DNA of 32,000 nucleotides from Candidatus Scalindua sp. GTDB taxonomy: Bacteria; Planctomycetota; Brocadiia; Brocadiales; Scalinduaceae. Positions 26,651 to 32,000 of this stretch are shown here, in pieces. Location of the stretch: positions 3,900,001 to 3,932,000 of the forward strand of contig JALDRA010000001.1 in the NCBI GenBank assembly GCA_031316235.1, written 5' to 3'. The notes below the pieces were generated by a model. The model had not been told where the DNA came from and ran no database searches. It saw only the letters and a list, made by a program, of their open reading frames with translations. Position 1 is the stretch's first letter, and every line of letters begins with the position of its first letter. A program made the position numbers and the translations under genes.

Positions 26651-26685
26651 AAAACCGAAAACCAAATCGGTTTTAGTATATATCA
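26651..26685 (-). repeat. intergenic box family B, copy 4 (upstream of yggS), extended palindrome
   Basis: The reverse complement reads gatatatactaaaaccgatttggttttcggtttt, with AAAACCGA-N8-TCGGTTTT arms. Confidence 0.55.
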
Positions 26686-26709
26686 CGAAAACCACTGCGG
26701 TGCCTGATA

Positions 26710-28362
26710 TCATACCTGTTTACCCTTTTCCAGATGGTGATAAGGTGGCAATGTCGTTATCCTCTTATCTTCCAATGCCCCTCCAATGGTAAAATGATAG
26801 AGGCTTTGGTATGCATTATCTTTCAACCCCAGAATTTCATGGACTAAATCATCAAAAAAACATCCGATTCCGGTTCCTCTCACTGAATGGGCCTCTGCTT
26901 CAAGATAAAGGACCTGTCCGATCATCCCTGTCTCCCAGAAAAGATGACGGTACAGATAAGGATTCTTTTCAATGTTTTCCCTGAACTTTGCAATCATCCC
27001 AACTGAAAATGCTCCATCTCCTGCAATCTCCTGAAAGCAGCTTACCCCCGTTGCTTCAGATACATAGTCTCCCTCTTTCAAGAGGTAGAGGGGAAGCGTA
27101 TCGGGTGTATCTTTTACCTTATTCCATAAAAAATGAGCGTGGCACCTTTCTCTTATATCGTCATGATCAGTATCATTACGGATGAGAAAATAGAGACCTG
27201 CCTCCAGGCCTGTTACCCTATGGACAAAGAGAAGCAGGTGAACCGAAATCTTTCCCAGCTCAAGATCAAAGGGAGCGCTGAAACTCCTCGGGATAGTCTT
27301 ATCCAGCATTGCAAAAAAATCTTCTTTTCGAATGGTTGTTTCTCCGTCATATGCCTGGGCACTTCTCCTTTGGCGAACGATCTTTGCTCCACAGTTCACC
27401 TGGGACCTGTTCTCAACATATTCATGATCTCCATAATGATATCTCTTTTCATCCGTGCACGGTTTTACCGTCATAGACGATACAGTATCAATGATATCCC
27501 AATCAACATGATCTTTACTTAAAAGATTTGGTTCTCCCTGAAAATGAAGTGATCCGAAGGATGAGATAATGTCAGAGGGGATGGTTCTCGGTACACAACC
27601 ACTGTTTCCACCTCTATGAACAAACAAAAGGAGTTCCGGCTCCTCCCTTTCAAACTCCTTCCACCTGGTCTCCGGGAATCCCAGGATGATTCCGATATCG
27701 CTGCTGGAGAGTGAATTGAGAAAGGTAGTCTTCCATCCAAAAAGATTTGCAGAAAAACGTAAACAGGCCATGGCGTGTCCCACATCATGATTGCAATAGC
27801 GGAATGCCCGTTCACCATATTTCCACGCTTCTCTCCAATAGACACTCGTAAGCCCGACAAGAAAACCTCTCAAGGTGAAATGCTGATGTATCCTCTCCCA
27901 GAAAGTTTCGTTGAACGCTGTTCTCGGCTCTAAAGAGTGCAGGAAGGGGTTGTAATGAAACACTCCTCCCTGATCACTGTTTTCTGGTAGTGGGGGAAGG
28001 ACAAGGTGCGTCTCGGTCGGATGGAGGTTTCCACTTGAGGGATTCATCCGGAGCACCCAAGAACTCCCGGCGTATGATTTCCAGGCAGAAAGTCCCATAG
28101 ATAATTCGAGAAAGGCCGCTATATTTTGTAAGGAAAAGGCCCTGAAGTTGTCACCCCCCCCTTTAAATAATCCAAAATAGCCTGACTCAGGATCAGCATT
28201 TGCTAAAGGAAGTGGTATTGTTCCGACCCCCTCAAACCGCCGGAAAGGATTTGGTTCAGTTTCCCAATCAAGATACCCGGAAGACCTGGCATAGCGTTCA
28301 GGATGATGCTTTGTGGCTTCGTGATATTTTATGACATTCCTGGAATTACTACTTGTGTTCAT
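26710..28362 (-). CDS. SagB/ThcOx-type dehydrogenase (two nitroreductase-fold halves)
   Basis: ORF 26710..28485. The first 41 codons overlap prmC, so I place the start at ATG 28362 (MNTSSNSRNVIKYHEATKHHPERY, the YHxxTKH opening typical of SagB-type proteins). That start lies 1 nt after the prmC stop. Confidence 0.7.
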   Translation of the reverse strand: MNTSSNSRNVIKYHEATKHHPERYARSSGYLDWETEPNPFRRFEGVGTIPLPLANADPESGYFGLFKGGGDNFRAFSLQNIAAFLELSMGLSAWKSYAGSSWVLRMNPSSGNLHPTETHLVLPPLPENSDQGGVFHYNPFLHSLEPRTAFNETFWERIHQHFTLRGFLVGLTSVYWREAWKYGERAFRYCNHDVGHAMACLRFSANLFGWKTTFLNSLSSSDIGIILGFPETRWKEFEREEPELLLFVHRGGNSGCVPRTIPSDIISSFGSLHFQGEPNLLSKDHVDWDIIDTVSSMTVKPCTDEKRYHYGDHEYVENRSQVNCGAKIVRQRRSAQAYDGETTIRKEDFFAMLDKTIPRSFSAPFDLELGKISVHLLLFVHRVTGLEAGLYFLIRNDTDHDDIRERCHAHFLWNKVKDTPDTLPLYLLKEGDYVSEATGVSCFQEIAGDGAFSVGMIAKFRENIEKNPYLYRHLFWETGMIGQVLYLEAEAHSVRGTGIGCFFDDLVHEILGLKDNAYQSLYHFTIGGALEDKRITTLPPYHHLEKGKQV

Positions 28363-28363
28363 C

Positions 28364-29257
28364 CTATTTTCTTCTGGCTGATACAATACGGTCTCGTTTC
28401 TGAAGATCCTGAAAAATTTGAATATCTGTGAAGCACCCGGAATGTACCATGATCTGAGCAACACTTTCAGCCTGTGTCTCTCCAATTTCCAGGATTAAAT
28501 AACCATCAGACCTCAGCCACTCAGGAGAACCGTTGACTATCCGTTTAAGATAGTACAATCCATCCTCAGCTGCAACCAATGCCCTGAGTGGTTCATGATC
28601 TTTTATTTCAGGTTCCAGACAGGGCAGCTCGGTTTCTGTAACATAAGGAGGATTTGAGACAACAAGATCAACGCTCCCCTTGCGTAGTTTTCCATCAAAT
28701 GCATCGAAAAGATACCCTTTGAGCAGACTTACCTGTTCCGTAACCTCAAGATTTTTCACATTTGTCTCTGCGACATCCAGAGATTCTTTTGAGATATCAC
28801 TTGCATACACATGGCTCTCTTTAAGATGAATGGCCAGGGACACGGCAATAATTCCGCTACCGGTTCCGATATCTAAAATGATTAATTTTCTATCTGAAAA
28901 TGGCCCACTCTTTACCAGGTCCAGGGCTCTTTCTACGAGCATCTCTGTCTCGGGTCTGGGGATTAAGACCCGTTTATCTATAGTGAAACCACGTGACATG
29001 AATTCAGTTTGTCCTATGATATACTGTAGTGGAACACGGCTGGCTCTTTGAGCAACAACTCTTTTACAGGCAAAGACTTCTGTTTCTCGTAGTACTTTAT
29101 CACGTTGTGTATAAAGTTCAAGTGTATTACATGACAAGGCATGAGAGAGCAACGTTGCCGCATCACTTTGCGGGAATTCAATATTCGATTTCTTTAATGT
29201 GATAACTGCCCAATTGAGCAGATTGCGTATGGTATCCGATTCTTGAATTTGTGTCAT
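28364..29257 (-). CDS. prmC: release-factor glutamine N5-methyltransferase
   Basis: It has an NPPY motif (VVSNPPYV) and the SAM motif ILDIGTGSG. I place the start at ATG 29257 (MTQIQE...) because the longer ORF reaching 29350 has an implausible N-terminus. Confidence 0.88.
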   Translation of the reverse strand: MTQIQESDTIRNLLNWAVITLKKSNIEFPQSDAATLLSHALSCNTLELYTQRDKVLRETEVFACKRVVAQRASRVPLQYIIGQTEFMSRGFTIDKRVLIPRPETEMLVERALDLVKSGPFSDRKLIILDIGTGSGIIAVSLAIHLKESHVYASDISKESLDVAETNVKNLEVTEQVSLLKGYLFDAFDGKLRKGSVDLVVSNPPYVTETELPCLEPEIKDHEPLRALVAAEDGLYYLKRIVNGSPEWLRSDGYLILEIGETQAESVAQIMVHSGCFTDIQIFQDLQKRDRIVSARRK

Positions 29258-29402
29258 AACTTCCTGAAAACGAGAATTTGCGTGGTTTCGCGGCTCTGCA
29301 AGATGGGTAAAATGCCATAAATGGGATTTATTGCATATATGAACGTACAAAACAGGAAAAGAACATCACGTGATTTGACAAGATTCAATACGAAGACAAA
29401 GT

Positions 29403-29425
29403 TTATACAAAAACCGATTTGGTTT
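29403..29425 (+). repeat. intergenic box family B, copy 5 (prfA-prmC spacer, next to the family A copy)
   Basis: Sequence ttatacaaaaaccgatttggttt. Confidence 0.5.
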
Positions 29426-29460
29426 AAGATTTTTCTAAAAATCAAAGCCTGGCTGCAGTT

Positions 29461-29503
29461 GTACTCGTTCCGTTTTTTTTCGGATTTTATCCGGAAACTC
29501 TTA
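29461..29503 (-). repeat. intergenic repeat family A, copy 3 (prfA-prmC spacer)
   Basis: The reverse complement reads taagagtttccggataaaatccgaaaaaaaacggaacgagtac. Confidence 0.55.
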
Positions 29504-29517
29504 CAAGATGAGCATAG

Positions 29518-30615
29518 TTACAAACTCTCCGTCAATTGTTTAATCCTTTCTTCTTTGCCATGATTTATCATTGCCCCGACCAATTCATCCATCTCACCAA
29601 GCATTATCTTTTCCAGACTGTAGAGATTAAGATTAATACGATGGTCTGTAATCCTGTTTTGTGGATAATTGTATGTGCGGATCTTTTCGCTTCTATCTCC
29701 GGATCCGATTTGAATTCGCCGGGTTTTATCACGCTCTCCCTTCTTCTGATCTTCTAGAAAACTGTAAAGGCGGCTTCGTAATATACGCATTGCCTTGGCG
29801 CGGTTCCTGTGCTGAGATTTTTCGTCCATGCACTTCACGACCAGCCCTGTTGGTTCATGGGTGATCCTGATCGCAGAACTCGTTTTGTTTACCTTCTGAC
29901 CCCCCGGGCCGGAAGCGCGGAATGTATCAACTACAATATCCTGTGGATCAATTTTTATCTCAACTTCCTCAATCTCTGGTAAAACTGCCACTGTAGCAGC
30001 TGAAGTATGTATCCTTCCGCTTGTCTCTGTGTCAGGTACTCTTTGTACACGGTGAGTACCACTTTCATAACAAAGTTTCTGGTAAACTGAGTCGCCCTCG
30101 ATAGAGAGCGTTACTTCCTTAAAACCTCCTATCTCTGTCGGGCTGCAATCAAGTATTTCTGTTTTCCATTTCTGTTTTTCAGCATATTTCGTATACATCC
30201 TGAAGAGATCCGCAGCAAAGAGTGCGGCCTCATCGCCTCCAGTGCCTGCACGTATTTCCATTATAACGTTCTTGTCAGACTCAGCACTTTCAGTAACAAA
30301 CTGATTCTTGATTTCTTCAAAGAGTTCCTTCTCTTTTTTCTCAAGACTACGAAATTCTTCCTTGGCAAGATCGTATAAATCTCTATCTCCGTTATTCTCA
30401 GACAGTATGGTCTCTGCCTCTTCTTTCTGTCTTAACGTCTGGTCAAATTGTTGATATTTGCCGGCAAACTTTGCAAGCCTGCCATGTTCCTTCACATAAG
30501 AGGTATACCTGACATTGTCTGAAATAACTTCAGGGCTTGATAAGAGTTTTTCAAGTTTGTTATATCGATCAAACCTCTCCTGAAACTTCTTTAACAATTT
30601 CTCATGAATCTGCAT
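29518..30615 (-). CDS. prfA: peptide chain release factor 1
   Basis: The 365-aa ORF has the GGQ motif ([11 protein letters not shown]) and an RF1-type PxT tripeptide ([17 protein letters not shown]). Confidence 0.95.
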   Translation of the reverse strand: MQIHEKLLKKFQERFDRYNKLEKLLSSPEVISDNVRYTSYVKEHGRLAKFAGKYQQFDQTLRQKEEAETILSENNGDRDLYDLAKEEFRSLEKKEKELFEEIKNQFVTESAESDKNVIMEIRAGTGGDEAALFAADLFRMYTKYAEKQKWKTEILDCSPTEIGGFKEVTLSIEGDSVYQKLCYESGTHRVQRVPDTETSGRIHTSAATVAVLPEIEEVEIKIDPQDIVVDTFRASGPGGQKVNKTSSAIRITHEPTGLVVKCMDEKSQHRNRAKAMRILRSRLYSFLEDQKKGERDKTRRIQIGSGDRSEKIRTYNYPQNRITDHRINLNLYSLEKIMLGEMDELVGAMINHGKEERIKQLTESL

Positions 30616-30632
30616 TTCTTATCTTCGCCTTA

Positions 30633-30890
30633 TTATCTGGCACCGGAGCCCTCTCCTCTGTCTTTGCTTTCAACAGTATTTTCCGATTTATCGGGCCAAT
30701 TAAATCTTTGTTTAAATCTTTCAACCCTTCCGGCCGTATCGACAAATTTCTGTTTACCAGTATAAAATGGATGGCATTTCGAACAAACCTCTATAGAAAT
30801 TCTGCTTTTTGCAGATCTTGTTTCAAAGGTTTCGCCACACCCACAAGTAACAACAGTATTAACATATTCCGGATGTATTCCCTGTTTCAT
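30633..30890 (-). CDS. rpmE: 50S ribosomal protein L31 with a C-terminal extension
   Basis: Sequence reads [26 protein letters not shown]...[24 protein letters not shown]. It lies 17 nt upstream of prfA. Confidence 0.93.
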   Translation of the reverse strand: MKQGIHPEYVNTVVTCGCGETFETRSAKSRISIEVCSKCHPFYTGKQKFVDTAGRVERFKQRFNWPDKSENTVESKDRGEGSGAR

Positions 30891-31334
30891 TGTCTAAACT
30901 CTCCGATTTTCTTAAAGATAAAAAATTTATTTAAAAATCTTATAACCTTAAATGGTTATGATACATATAAGTTCCAGAAACTACCTCGATTTTATCAGAG
31001 TGTATTCTTTACTGCAATAAAAAACAGAAATATTATAATGTCCGCAAATAGTATTCATCAGTAATTCAGGATAAATGTTTGACACTCTTGCTTTATCATG
31101 GTATTCTTTTTAGACTTACAGAAAACAGGACCTGGCTAATTCTCCCCACCAGCTCAGCAGGAACTGTACCCATTTGTGCAGTTCATGAAAATTGCGAACA
31201 CCTATTAAAATAATTAAACACAAACAAACACTATACGATCTGCAGACAGCAGCCTGAAAGACTCTTCGGACACTAAAAAATGTATGCAGTTGCAGGATGC
31301 GTAATCTCAACTCCTTTCACTGACTGTTTTCGTT

Positions 31335-32000
31335 ATGAAGAACCAAAGCAACCAAATTATTGAAAGCTATCGGAACAATTTGCTTGAGATTGGTTATTCC
31401 TTCTTTAAACCGAGGGTATTAATAACAGCAACCAAACTTGATCTATTTAACACGATTGGAGAGACACACATCACCGTTCGTGAAATTGCATCCCGATTAG
31501 ACCTCGATCGGGATGCGACAGAAACCTTTTTAAATGCGATGGTTAGTTTAGGCTTCCTTGGTAAAGATAAAAATTCATATTTTAATACAGAAGAGGGAAA
31601 AGAGGTATTTATCAAGGGTAAAGAGGGGTACATCGGGGATATCATTATTCTGCAGGATATGATGTGGAACAGCTGGAGTAAGCTGGAGGAATCAATAATT
31701 ACCGGAAAACCGACACGGAGACCGGATATGTTTCAGGAGAAGAGAGAAGAAACCAGAAACTTTATCAGGGCCATGCACAATACGGCCATGGCAAATGCGC
31801 CCTTCTTGTCGAAAAACATTAATTTTCCGGGTTACAAGACCCTGATTGACGTAGGTGGCGGACCCGGTACTTATTCTGTCTATTTCTGTATTGAAAATCC
31901 AGAACTTGAGTCAACCATTTTAGATTTACCCGGTACGCTGGAAATCACAAAAGAATTAATTTCTCTTGCCGATGTATCAGATCGGATTACGTTGATGGAA
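31335..32000 (+). CDS. class I SAM-dependent O-methyltransferase (family-2 type with an N-terminal dimerisation/winged-helix region); the 3' end lies outside the window
   Basis: Absent from the ORF track. My translation from ATG 31335 gives MKNQSNQIIESYRNNLLEIGYSFFKPRVLITATKLDLFNTIGE...YKTLIDVGGGPGTYSVYF..., open to the window end. An in-frame TAA lies at 31311. Confidence 0.8.
   Translation, partial: MKNQSNQIIESYRNNLLEIGYSFFKPRVLITATKLDLFNTIGETHITVREIASRLDLDRDATETFLNAMVSLGFLGKDKNSYFNTEEGKEVFIKGKEGYIGDIIILQDMMWNSWSKLEESIITGKPTRRPDMFQEKREETRNFIRAMHNTAMANAPFLSKNINFPGYKTLIDVGGGPGTYSVYFCIENPELESTILDLPGTLEITKELISLADVSDRITLME

Noticed and set aside
28363-28485. N-terminal 41-codon extension of the SagB-like ORF that overlaps the 3' end of prmC.
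   Set aside because: The internal ATG at 28362 gives the typical SagB opening and removes a 122-nt out-of-frame overlap with prmC.
1-32000. Scan for tRNA/rRNA genes, CRISPR arrays, transposases/IS ends, integrases and prophage genes.
   Set aside because: I found no T-arm/acceptor-like sequences in the intergenic regions, no regularly spaced direct repeats and no recombinase-like ORFs. The recurring elements are the leader modules and the two short repeat families described above.

Overview
This 32-kb chromosomal segment comes from a moderately AT-rich bacterium. Its gene content suggests an anaerobic CO2-fixing (Wood-Ljungdahl) lifestyle, but I cannot name the organism from sequence alone. 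I can support about 25 protein-coding genes. They are: a beta-carbonic anhydrase next to a SulP/STAS anion (bicarbonate-type) transporter; an acetyl-CoA synthase gene (acsB) split by a frameshift; a Cys-type NuoG-like formate dehydrogenase alpha subunit; purC; a plus-strand ABC/HlyD/TolC type-I-secretion-like cassette whose ABC ATPase motifs are degenerate; a second SulP paralog behind an outer-membrane beta-barrel gene; two tandem DUF2294/MpsC-like genes; the oadGBA Na+-pumping decarboxylase; birA; yggS; a two-domain SagB-type nitroreductase; the rpmE-prfA-prmC cluster; and a partial O-methyltransferase. I saw no tRNA, rRNA, CRISPR array or transposase. The most notable signal is non-coding. 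Five copies (near 8.9, 10.7, 19.7, 20.4 and 21.2 kb) of one module are present, each made of a sigma70-like promoter, a conserved ~50-nt rod-shaped RNA and an intrinsic terminator. Every copy lies in sense orientation upstream of a gene or operon, and most of these are tied to Na+ or inorganic-carbon handling (fdhA-acsB, the purC region, porin-SulP, an MpsC-like gene, oadGBA). This looks like a candidate riboswitch regulon, or alternatively a paralogous sRNA family. Two further short intergenic repeat families are scattered through the window. All calls rest on by-eye translation and motif recognition; no database search or folding computation was possible.
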